A stretch of 64,000 bases of DNA from the NCBI GenBank assembly GCA_030151865.1, contig JASLCK010000007.1, positions 137-64,136 of the forward strand. The letters are read 5' to 3'. How positions within the stretch are numbered: the first letter of the stretch is position 1; each line of letters opens with the position of its first letter. Shown piece by piece: positions 50,576-58,971 of the stretch. This DNA comes from Rhodospirillaceae bacterium. GTDB lineage: Bacteria; Pseudomonadota; Alphaproteobacteria; Rhodospirillales; Magnetospirillaceae. Position numbers and translations under genes: made by a program. Below the pieces are notes generated by a model. That model did not search any database, was not told where the DNA came from, and saw only the letters and a program-made list of their open reading frames with translations.

Positions 50576-50600
50576 TAGCAAGCTAACGATTAGCTTGCTA
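50576..50600. promoter_or_regulatory. Perfect 11-bp inverted repeat, probable MarR operator
   Basis: TAGCAAGCTAA-cga-TTAGCTTGCTA, 19 nt upstream of the marR-type ATG; a TTGACG -35-like hexamer lies at 50560. Confidence 0.6.
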
Positions 50601-50618
50601 ACGAATTAGGGTTCGATC

Positions 50619-51074
50619 ATGGCCTATAGGAAAGAAGACATCGGCACCGATCTGGGACGCGTCAGCCGCATGTGGCGGGCCTGCGTCGATGAACGGCTGG
50701 CCCCCCTGGGACTGTCGATGTCGCGCTGGCTGGCGGTTTGGTATCTGGCCAAGGCGGGCGGCGTGTTGCCGCAGCGGGAACTGGCGATCCGTCTTGGCAT
50801 CGAAGGGCCGACCCTGGTGCGCACGCTCGATTGGCTGGAAGGCCAAAGCATGATTGAACGGCGTGACGATCCCGCCGACCGGCGCAACAAGATCGTCCAT
50901 CTCTTGCCCACCGCCGATCAGTTGGTCGAGACCATCGCCCGCATCGGGTCTGAATTCCGCGAACAGGTGTTTCAAGGCTTTTCGCCCCATGAGCTTGAGG
51001 CGCTGCATCAGATGCTGGCGCGCATGGCCCACAATATGGGCGGTGAACTGCCCAGCGAACGGAGCGGCCAATGA
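50619..51074 (+). CDS. MarR-family transcriptional regulator
   Basis: Winged-helix LPQRELAIRLGIEGPTLVRTLDWLEGQSMIERRDDPADRRNKIVHLLP pattern; first gene of the efflux operon. Confidence 0.9.
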   Translation: MAYRKEDIGTDLGRVSRMWRACVDERLAPLGLSMSRWLAVWYLAKAGGVLPQRELAIRLGIEGPTLVRTLDWLEGQSMIERRDDPADRRNKIVHLLPTADQLVETIARIGSEFREQVFQGFSPHELEALHQMLARMAHNMGGELPSERSGQ

Positions 51075-52204
51075 ACGCCCGGCTCGTGACCCGCCCCCAT
51101 CCGGTCCTGCGGCTGGCGGTTCATTTAAGACGGTGGCGCAAACCGCTGCTGACCACCACCACGCTGGCGTTGGTCGGTCTGGGGGTCGGCTGGCAGGTGG
51201 AACGGCTGTCCCACATCACCGAGACCGACGCACGAGTGATGAGTGATCTGGTCACCGTATCCAGCCGCTCCGACGGCTGGGTTGCCAAGCGGTTGGTCAC
51301 CGACGGCGATGGTGTCGCCAACGGTCAGGCCCTGGTGGAGATCGACCGGCGCGAAACCGAATTGCAGGTGCGCGAGTTGCAAGCCAAACTGGATGCCTTG
51401 GGGGTGGAACGCAACCGCACCGCCCTTCAGTTGCAAATCGCCGAAACCACCGCCCCCAATGCCGTCGCCGAGGCCAATGCCCGCCAGAGTGCCAGCGAGG
51501 CCAGCCTGCGCGCCGCCGCGTCGGAACTGGAGCGCAATCAAAAGGATTATCAGCGTGCCAACACCCTGGTGGGCAGCGACTTTCTGTCGCGCCAGACCTG
51601 GGATTTGCGCCACAGCCAATTGCGTCAGGCCGAGGAAAGCCAGCGCGCCGCCCAGGCCAAACTGACCGAAGCCCGATCCGAAGTCAGCGGCGCCAAGGCC
51701 AAGCTGGCGGAAATCGATCTGCTGCGTCAGGCCATCGCCGAACTGGACCACAACGCCCAGGAGATCCAGGCCCAGATCGACCAGCGCCGCATCGAAACCA
51801 CCGACCGCACCATCCAAAGCCCGATTGCCGGGGTGGTTGACCGCAAGTTTGTCGAGCCGGGGGAATATGTCATTCCCGGCCAGCGGTTGCTGTTGATGCA
51901 CGACCCCAAGGCGGTGTGGGTGGAAGCCAACGTCAAGGAAACCAAGATCGCCCGTCTGCGTCCCGGTCAAAGCGTTGCCATTGATGTGGACGCTTACCCC
52001 AACCGCCATTTCGTCGGCGTGGTCGAACGGGTCGGCAATGCCACTACCAGCGAATTCGCCCTGCTGCCCAGCCCCAACCCGTCGGGCAATTTCACCAAGA
52101 TCACCCAACGCGTGCCCGTGCGCATCGCCGTCATTCAGCCGGACGACAACCCCTTGCGTCCCGGCATGATGGTCGAGGTGGATATTGACACCGCTCACCA
52201 CTGA
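51071..52204 (+). CDS. emrA: HlyD/EmrA-family membrane fusion protein
   Basis: N-terminal TM, long coiled-coil, lipoyl/beta-barrel segments (ITSPIAGVV-type IQSPIAGVVDRK); 4-nt overlap with marR. Confidence 0.85.
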   Translation: MNARLVTRPHPVLRLAVHLRRWRKPLLTTTTLALVGLGVGWQVERLSHITETDARVMSDLVTVSSRSDGWVAKRLVTDGDGVANGQALVEIDRRETELQVRELQAKLDALGVERNRTALQLQIAETTAPNAVAEANARQSASEASLRAAASELERNQKDYQRANTLVGSDFLSRQTWDLRHSQLRQAEESQRAAQAKLTEARSEVSGAKAKLAEIDLLRQAIAELDHNAQEIQAQIDQRRIETTDRTIQSPIAGVVDRKFVEPGEYVIPGQRLLLMHDPKAVWVEANVKETKIARLRPGQSVAIDVDAYPNRHFVGVVERVGNATTSEFALLPSPNPSGNFTKITQRVPVRIAVIQPDDNPLRPGMMVEVDIDTAHH

Positions 52205-53744
52205 CGACCTGATCGCCCGCCATGGCGGGGCCTACAAGTGGTACGCCACCGCCACCGTCATGGTCGGCTGCATCGCCACCGTCTTGTCGGCCACCATCGT
52301 CAATGTCGCCCTGCCCGACATCATGGGCGAATTCGGCATGGGCCAGGACAAGGCGCAATGGCTGTCCACCGCCTTTCTGGCGGCGATGACCGCATCCATG
52401 CTGGTCACCGCCTGGCTGTCGGCCAGCTTTGGCAGCCGCGCCACCTATATCGCCGCCTTGCTGGTTTTCATCCTGGGCTCGGTCATTGGCGGCATCAGCC
52501 CCAACGAGGATGTGCTGATCCTGGCCCGGCTGCTGCAAGGCGTGGCGGCGGGTGTGATCCAGCCTTTGACCATGGTCACGGTCTTTCAGTCTTTCCCACC
52601 GGAAAAGCGCGGGCTGGCCATGGGGATTTTCGGCATGGGGGTCATCCTGGCCCCGGCCCTGGGCCCGACCTTGGGGGGCATGCTGATCGACAATTATTCG
52701 TGGCGTTACGTCTTCTTCATGGGACCGCCTTTTTGTCTGGCGGGCATGCTGCTGGCCCCGGCCTTTCTGCCCAATGCGGTGGCCGCTGCCCGACGCGGCT
52801 TTGACCTGATCGGCTTTGTCTTGTTGTCGCTGTCCATCGCCGCCTTTCTGACCGGATTGTCCAACGGACAGCGGGACGGTTGGGATTCGGCCTTTATTCA
52901 AAGTGCGTTTGGTGTGGCGGCGGTGGGAAGCGTGCTGTTCGTCATCCAGGAAAAGCGCAGCCCGACCCCGATCCTGGCTTTGCGGGTTTATCTCAACCCC
53001 CGCTTCGCCGCGGCCTCGGTGGTGGCGTTCATCCTGGGGCTGGGGCTTTACGGTTCGACCTATCTGGTGCCGCTGTTCGTCCAGACCATTCAGGGCTATA
53101 GCCCGACGGAATCGGGATTGCTGCTGATGCCGGCCGGGGTGGTTTTGGGCGTCGTCTTTCCGCTGGCGGGGCGAATGAGCGACAAGATCGCCCCCGACCG
53201 GATGATCTGCGCCGGGCTGTTTCTGTTCGGCCTGTCCAGCACCCTGATGATGAACCTGGGCACATCAACCGATTTCTGGGATCTAGCGCTGTGGGTGGTG
53301 GTTGGCCGGATCGGCTTAGGCCTGATCCTGCCCTCGCTCAATGGCGGCGCGCTCAGGGTGCTCAGCCCCGACATGGTCGGCCAGGGTGCGGGCGCCATCA
53401 ACTTTATCCGCCAACTGGGCGGGGCCGCTGGGGTCAGCCTGCTGTCGGTCTGGCTGGACCGCCAGACCAGCTTTTATGCCGCCGAGTTCAACGCCCTGCA
53501 AACCGGCACCCCCATCGCCAACGACACCTTGAACCTAATCGCCATGCTGCTGCGCCGGGGCGGCATTCCTGATACCGCCCCGATCTCGCTGCACACCGAT
53601 CTGGCCTATGGCTTCTTTTCACGCATGATCAGCGCCCAGGCCAATGTCATGGGGTTTCGCGAAAGCTTTCTGCTGGTGGCGGGGCTGTTCTTTCTGGCCC
53701 TGCTGCCCGCCTGGTTCATGCGCAAACGCAAGGAAATGCTATGA
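52185..53744 (+). CDS. emrB: DHA2-family MFS efflux transporter (EmrB/QacA type, 14 TM)
   Basis: LDATIVNVALP-like SATIVNVALPDI motif, WRYVFF, 14 hydrophobic segments; TTG start at 52185. Confidence 0.85.
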   Translation: MTPLTTDDLIARHGGAYKWYATATVMVGCIATVLSATIVNVALPDIMGEFGMGQDKAQWLSTAFLAAMTASMLVTAWLSASFGSRATYIAALLVFILGSVIGGISPNEDVLILARLLQGVAAGVIQPLTMVTVFQSFPPEKRGLAMGIFGMGVILAPALGPTLGGMLIDNYSWRYVFFMGPPFCLAGMLLAPAFLPNAVAAARRGFDLIGFVLLSLSIAAFLTGLSNGQRDGWDSAFIQSAFGVAAVGSVLFVIQEKRSPTPILALRVYLNPRFAAASVVAFILGLGLYGSTYLVPLFVQTIQGYSPTESGLLLMPAGVVLGVVFPLAGRMSDKIAPDRMICAGLFLFGLSSTLMMNLGTSTDFWDLALWVVVGRIGLGLILPSLNGGALRVLSPDMVGQGAGAINFIRQLGGAAGVSLLSVWLDRQTSFYAAEFNALQTGTPIANDTLNLIAMLLRRGGIPDTAPISLHTDLAYGFFSRMISAQANVMGFRESFLLVAGLFFLALLPAWFMRKRKEML

Positions 53745-54196
53745 AAACCTCTTTGCTGGCGGCCATCGATGGATCGCAACAGCGTCATCATGTGTTGCGC
53801 CACGCCATCGCTTGGGCGGGGCGGCTGAACGCCGGGTTGCATGTGGTCTCGGTGCTGGATCTGACCCACCATTGGGAAATGGGCCTGTTGGAAGCATCGC
53901 CCGACATGGTCGAAATTCTGGAACGGGAAACCACGCAAATTCTGGAAGAGGCAACCCAAAGCCTGCGTCAAAGCAAAATCGACGGTCGCACCTATGCCCT
54001 GACCGGCCTGGCCGCCGAACAGATCGTCGCGCACGCCCAGCGCATCGATGCCCAGATGATCATTATCGGACACCGCCAGTTGTCCTGGCTGGGCCGGATG
54101 GTCGCCCAATCGGTTGGGCTGGATTTGCTGGCGCACTCTCCCTGCGATGTGCTGATCGTGCCCGATCAACAAAGCGACAGCCGCGCCAACAGTTAA
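53741..54196 (+). CDS. Universal stress protein (UspA family)
   Basis: LLAAIDGS..., IIIGHRQLSWLGRMVAQSVGLDLLAHSPCDVLIVP C-terminal ATP-binding-type motif; ATGA overlap with emrB. Confidence 0.85.
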   Translation: MKTSLLAAIDGSQQRHHVLRHAIAWAGRLNAGLHVVSVLDLTHHWEMGLLEASPDMVEILERETTQILEEATQSLRQSKIDGRTYALTGLAAEQIVAHAQRIDAQMIIIGHRQLSWLGRMVAQSVGLDLLAHSPCDVLIVPDQQSDSRANS

Positions 54197-54313
54197 ATTC
54201 GCTCCCGACACAAGGGACGGGCGGCCCCATCCCCCCACAAAGAATCCAAAGGATTTGCATTAATTTTTCACGGCATTATTATACTTTGGAGATATCCTGA
54301 TGGGATAGGTCCA

Positions 54314-55060
54314 ATGCCGTTTTCCTTCAGACATTTGCCTGTCGCCTTGGCCATGGGCTGCGGCTTTCTTTTCGCACCCTTGGCGACACAGGCGCGGGAT
54401 TTGCGCTTTGTCACCATTGATGTCGCCCCCTGGGCCTGGGTCGAAACCGGCCAGACCGCCCCAACCGGCGTGTTCGTCGATGTGGTGCACGAATTGGAAA
54501 AGCGCACCGGGCGCAAGATCGTCATGTCCCTGCAACCCTTCGCCCGCATCCCCCACGAGTTGGAAGCCAGACGGGCCGATTGCACCATCCTGGTCTGGAA
54601 CAATGACTGGGGGCGCTTCATGGATAAGGGGGAAGTGGTATCGACCCATATGTTCGGCGTCATTGCCCGCAAAGGCATCCCCTTAAAGCGCTTTGATGAT
54701 CTGGCCGGGCTGAATGTGTCGGTGCTGCGCGGTCTGTCGCTGGGCCGCAAATTCGACAGCGACACCAGCTTTACCCGTCAGGTCGATACCGATTACGTGA
54801 TGGGGCTGAACAAACTGGCCCACCACCGTTTGGATGCGGTGGCGGGTGCGGTGCCGACCATTCGCTATCTGGCGCGCCAGAACAATTTGACCGACATGCT
54901 GGGCGATCAGTTCACTTTGTCCGAAGTCATCTTGCCGCTGCAATGCGTGCGCGGTTCGGACGAAGTGACAGCTGCAATGACCGAGTTCAACCAGACCATC
55001 CGCGCCATGCGTGACGACGGCACCATCGACGCCATCAAGAAACACTACGATTATTACTGA
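54314..55060 (+). CDS. Periplasmic solute-binding protein, family 3 (amino-acid-type SBP)
   Basis: Signal peptide (…FAPLATQA/RD), two-lobe SBP_bac_3-like pattern; immediately upstream of a sensor kinase. Confidence 0.7.
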   Translation: MPFSFRHLPVALAMGCGFLFAPLATQARDLRFVTIDVAPWAWVETGQTAPTGVFVDVVHELEKRTGRKIVMSLQPFARIPHELEARRADCTILVWNNDWGRFMDKGEVVSTHMFGVIARKGIPLKRFDDLAGLNVSVLRGLSLGRKFDSDTSFTRQVDTDYVMGLNKLAHHRLDAVAGAVPTIRYLARQNNLTDMLGDQFTLSEVILPLQCVRGSDEVTAAMTEFNQTIRAMRDDGTIDAIKKHYDYY

Positions 55061-55099
55061 CCTCCAGCCGCCGCCGCCCGCTGGCGATCAGGATGAGCA

Positions 55100-56566
55100 A
55101 TGCGATCCCCAGGCACGCCTTACCGTCTGTTTTCCCCATCGGGCCTTAGCGTCCGGCTTGTTTTGCAGGTCCTGATCTTAAGCGTCGTGCTGACCGTGGT
55201 GCTGACCGTGTTGCAGCTTTACGTCAATTACCGCACCGAAGTCGCAGCGATCGAACAACGCCTGGACGAGATCGAAAACGGCCCGTTGAATTCGGTCGCC
55301 AACAGCCTGTGGAACGTCGATATCACCAATCTGACCCTATTGGTCGAAGGCATTTACCGCCTGCCCGACATGCAGGCGGTGGAACTGCGCGAAACCTTAA
55401 AAGGCGTCGATCATCCGGTCTTCATCGTCATGGGCAAGCGGTCGGACCGCCATGTGGTGGCCCGCGACTTTATTTTGTCCCACACGCTCAACACCACGAC
55501 CCAAGAAATCGGGCGGCTGCATATCGAAATCTCGCTGGCTTCGGTCCTGGAACGGCTGCGGGAACAGTCCGTGATCGTCGTGCTCAGCCATGGTCTGCGG
55601 GCCCTGCTGATCGCGGCAGCGGTTTTATACTTGGTGCACGCCCACATCACCCGCCATCTTGTCGCCATGGCCGAGGCCATCGGACGGTTCGACCTGCAAG
55701 GCGACAAACCCGGCATCACCCTGCCTCATAAACGCCGACGGACCAATCCCGACGAATTGGACGTTCTCACCGACGCCTTCAATACCCTCAGCCACGATTT
55801 GCGCCAAAGCTATGGTGATCTGGCAGCCAGCAACCATGACCTGGTCCTGGCCCGCCAACAGGCCGACGCCAACGCCCAGCGCCTGCGCGACGTGAACGAG
55901 GAATTGCAGCGTCTGGCCATGGTCACCGCCCATCATCTGCGCGAACCGTTGCGGCCCATCATGATCAGCGCCCAATGCATCCAGCGTCATCCCGCCGGGC
56001 AAACCGAAGACATTCAGCAATGGAGCGCCCAGATCACCAACAGCGTGGTGCATCTGCACGCGCTCTTGCGGGACTTTCACCGCTATGTCGGGGCCTTGGT
56101 GGAAAATCCCCGGCTTGAATCCGTCCATCTGGAAGGGATCGCCATTTCCGCCAATCAGCATCTGCAAACGCAAACCCCGCAGGAAGCTTTGGTGACCATC
56201 GGCCCCCTGCCCACGGTCACCGGCGACCGCAAGATGCTGCATGAAATTTTCCACCAATTGTTCAGCAACGCCCTGCAACACCGTCGCCGTAGCGATCCGG
56301 TGCATGTCCTGGTCAAGGCGGAACGGATTGATGATCATTGGCAGATCGTCGTCACCGACGACGGCCCCGGAATTCCCGTCGAAATGGCCGAACGGGTCTT
56401 CAAGGTGTTTGAAAACGTTCATGGCCGCGCCGTCGATCAGACCGGCCTGGGTCTGCCCATGTGCAAGGCCATGCTGCGCGCCCAAGGCGGCACGATCTGG
56501 GTAGCCCCCGCCCAAGGGGGAACCGAAATCCGCTTTACCGTGCCGGATGCCCCCTCTCCCGCCTGA
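55100..56566 (+). CDS. Membrane sensor histidine kinase (periplasmic loop, HAMP, HisKA, HATPase)
   Basis: Two TMs flanking a ~120-aa loop, HAMP-like linker, H-box VTAHHLREPLRPI, N/G boxes (FSNALQH, DDGPGIP, GLGLPMCK). Confidence 0.9.
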   Translation: MRSPGTPYRLFSPSGLSVRLVLQVLILSVVLTVVLTVLQLYVNYRTEVAAIEQRLDEIENGPLNSVANSLWNVDITNLTLLVEGIYRLPDMQAVELRETLKGVDHPVFIVMGKRSDRHVVARDFILSHTLNTTTQEIGRLHIEISLASVLERLREQSVIVVLSHGLRALLIAAAVLYLVHAHITRHLVAMAEAIGRFDLQGDKPGITLPHKRRRTNPDELDVLTDAFNTLSHDLRQSYGDLAASNHDLVLARQQADANAQRLRDVNEELQRLAMVTAHHLREPLRPIMISAQCIQRHPAGQTEDIQQWSAQITNSVVHLHALLRDFHRYVGALVENPRLESVHLEGIAISANQHLQTQTPQEALVTIGPLPTVTGDRKMLHEIFHQLFSNALQHRRRSDPVHVLVKAERIDDHWQIVVTDDGPGIPVEMAERVFKVFENVHGRAVDQTGLGLPMCKAMLRAQGGTIWVAPAQGGTEIRFTVPDAPSPA

Positions 56567-57769
56567 TCAGGAGGCGGGCGGCTTCACAGCCAATCCCTTA
56601 TCACCCATGAAGGCGGTTTTTTCGTCGGCAAAGACGATGATCTGATCGGGGATCAGTTTCAGGCGGACCAGATTGCGCAACCGTTCGATATGGGCTTCCG
56701 ACAAGGTAACCAGCGACGCCAGAACCAATCGGCCATTGCTGGCCACCACATCTTCGGCCAAATCCATGCCGGGCAGCAACGTGCCGACCGCCAGTTGCCG
56801 GGTCAGCAGCCGTTCCGACGGCTCGATGGCTTCCAGACACAGCCGAACCTTACGCAGCAAGGCCGGATCATAAAGCTGGATATTGCGTTCCAGCTCGTTG
56901 AAATCCGCCGCCGACGGCGAACGCCCGGAGCTGATCGAACTGAGATCGTTCAGAATTTTCAAAATCCGGGCATCGATGGGGATATCCCCGCCGCTCGGCC
57001 CCTGGGCCGGAAAGCCCGAACCGTCATAGCCCTTGTTCTGGAAAAAGACGATCTGCGCCACGCCTTGTAAACGGGGGATATTGGCAATGACATTGCGGGC
57101 CATTTCCGGGGCACGCTCGACCATCGCCTGTTCGGTTTCCGTCAGGGGCAGCTTGATATGCACCTTGCTCAGCACTTCCTGAGGAATCGACAACATACCC
57201 AGGGGCGACAAAATAGCCGCCAGATCAAGCTGCCAGCGATGCGGCATGTTGCCGTTGGTGTTCAGCTTGCGCACCCAACTGCGGATGCGGCTGGCCCGGC
57301 TATAGCCCTGGGGATAGGACATGACCAGCATGTCCATCATCACCTTGATGCTGCCCGACAGGGTTTTTTCCAGCAATTCCCGTTCGGCGGTGATCAGGCG
57401 GTATTGGCCCAGCGCCGCTTCCAGCCCCTCCTCCAACACCTCCGGGGGACAGGGCTTGGAGAGAAAACGGAAAATATGGCCGCTGTTGATAGCGTCGATG
57501 GCGGTTTGCATATCGGCATTGCCGGTCAGCATCATGCGCACGCTGTCGGGAGCCAGATCCTTGGCCTGACGCAGGGTTTCCACCCCGTTCATACCGCCCA
57601 TGCGCATGTCGCACAGAATCACGCCGGGCTGGTCCTTGGTGGTGCGCAGGATGTCTAGCGCCTCTTCCCCGCCCTGGGCCGTGGTGACGGTGAAGCGGCC
57701 CCGCAACTGGCGGCGCATGGCCGACAGCAGATTGATGTCGTCATCAACGATCAGGATGGTTTCGCTCAT
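56567..57769 (-). CDS. Response regulator with degenerate HD-GYP-like output domain
   Basis: REC domain (DDD...D54-type CDMRMGGMNG, K in SKPC); output region keeps YDGSGFP and IPIDARIL, but the positions of the HD and HHE metal ligands read RASRI, LSPLG, FFQNK. Confidence 0.8.
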   Translation of the reverse strand: MSETILIVDDDINLLSAMRRQLRGRFTVTTAQGGEEALDILRTTKDQPGVILCDMRMGGMNGVETLRQAKDLAPDSVRMMLTGNADMQTAIDAINSGHIFRFLSKPCPPEVLEEGLEAALGQYRLITAERELLEKTLSGSIKVMMDMLVMSYPQGYSRASRIRSWVRKLNTNGNMPHRWQLDLAAILSPLGMLSIPQEVLSKVHIKLPLTETEQAMVERAPEMARNVIANIPRLQGVAQIVFFQNKGYDGSGFPAQGPSGGDIPIDARILKILNDLSSISSGRSPSAADFNELERNIQLYDPALLRKVRLCLEAIEPSERLLTRQLAVGTLLPGMDLAEDVVASNGRLVLASLVTLSEAHIERLRNLVRLKLIPDQIIVFADEKTAFMGDKGLAVKPPAS

Positions 57770-58971
57770 ATCGCACCTTCCCCAGGGATGTTGAGCAGGT
57801 CAGACGAGGGCACAGCCACCCCCAGGCGGTTCAAATACGCCTTATCCGCCCCATCGCCCCGCTGTGCGCAAGGCTTGGTCAACGGCAGGCATGGCCCATA
57901 GCTGCGGGCCAAATGCACATAGGTTAAAACACTGGGCTGAACCGCCGGACAGGATGACGGCTGCAACTGATACATCACCGCTTCGACCACCACGTCGGCG
58001 AAGCCCCACAGCCCCAGCAGATAAGCCCCCAGTTCGGCATGGCTGGCCCCATATTCCGCCCGTTCGCGGTCTTCCAGTTCGGTCTCGGCGCACGCTGCGG
58101 CCAGCGTGGCGTAAGCCTCGCCATACTGATCCAGCAACACAAGCGCGCCGATGGATGTCAGCATGCCCGCACATTGGACTTGCGACACCACCGCATCCTC
58201 CATCCCATAGCTGCGGGCCAGACGTTGGGCCAGCGTGCCGGTGGCCAATCCGTGACGACTCAGCGCCGGGATATAGGCCGCCAGTTCGGGACGGCCGGAA
58301 TATTGGCGGAAGATACAGGCATGCAGCACCAGATTGCGCACCGTCTCCATCCCCAACAGCCGCACCGCCTGGAACACCGTGGTCACCCGCGCCGACAACG
58401 AGAAGTAGGACGAATTGGTGACCTTCAGCAGCTCGGCGGTCATCGCCACGTCTTTGGCGATGATATCGGCGATATCGCTGGTGGACACTTCGTCGCGGCC
58501 CATGGCCTCGGTCACGCGCAGGAACAGATCGGGTGGACTGGGCAGATTGCGCAGGCTGGCCGCCAGATTGCGCAAGCGGCTGTCGTTCAGGATACCGCGC
58601 AATTTTAACGACCGTTCCATCAGCGCCATGATGGAATCCGGGTCGCACGGCTTGGACAAATATTGGTGCGCCGGCCCGACCGAGCGGAACAGACTTTTTT
58701 CCTCGGCATAACCCGACAGGATCACCCGCATGGTGCCGGGGTGCTTCTTTTCCACTTCCGACAGTAAAGCGGCGCCATCCAAATCTGGCATGCGCATGTC
58801 CGACACCACCACGTCGAACGGCTGGCTTTCCAGCAATTCCAGCGCTTTGCGGGGATTGTCCACAAAGGTCATGTCCCAATCGCTACGCATCTTGCGCAAC
58901 AGACGCTGCAAGCCCTGCAAAAGATTGACGTCGTCATCGACGAACAAGATCGTCTGCTTCATCGAAGTCAC
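57766..58971 (-). CDS. Response regulator with HDOD output domain
   Basis: REC (FVDDD..., SDMRMPDLDG, SKPC) + HDOD (LPSPPDLFLRV..., IIAKDVAMTAELLKVTNSSYFSLSARVTTVFQAVRLLG); 4-nt overlaps on both sides. Confidence 0.85.
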   Translation of the reverse strand: MTSMKQTILFVDDDVNLLQGLQRLLRKMRSDWDMTFVDNPRKALELLESQPFDVVVSDMRMPDLDGAALLSEVEKKHPGTMRVILSGYAEEKSLFRSVGPAHQYLSKPCDPDSIMALMERSLKLRGILNDSRLRNLAASLRNLPSPPDLFLRVTEAMGRDEVSTSDIADIIAKDVAMTAELLKVTNSSYFSLSARVTTVFQAVRLLGMETVRNLVLHACIFRQYSGRPELAAYIPALSRHGLATGTLAQRLARSYGMEDAVVSQVQCAGMLTSIGALVLLDQYGEAYATLAAACAETELEDRERAEYGASHAELGAYLLGLWGFADVVVEAVMYQLQPSSCPAVQPSVLTYVHLARSYGPCLPLTKPCAQRGDGADKAYLNRLGVAVPSSDLLNIPGEGAI

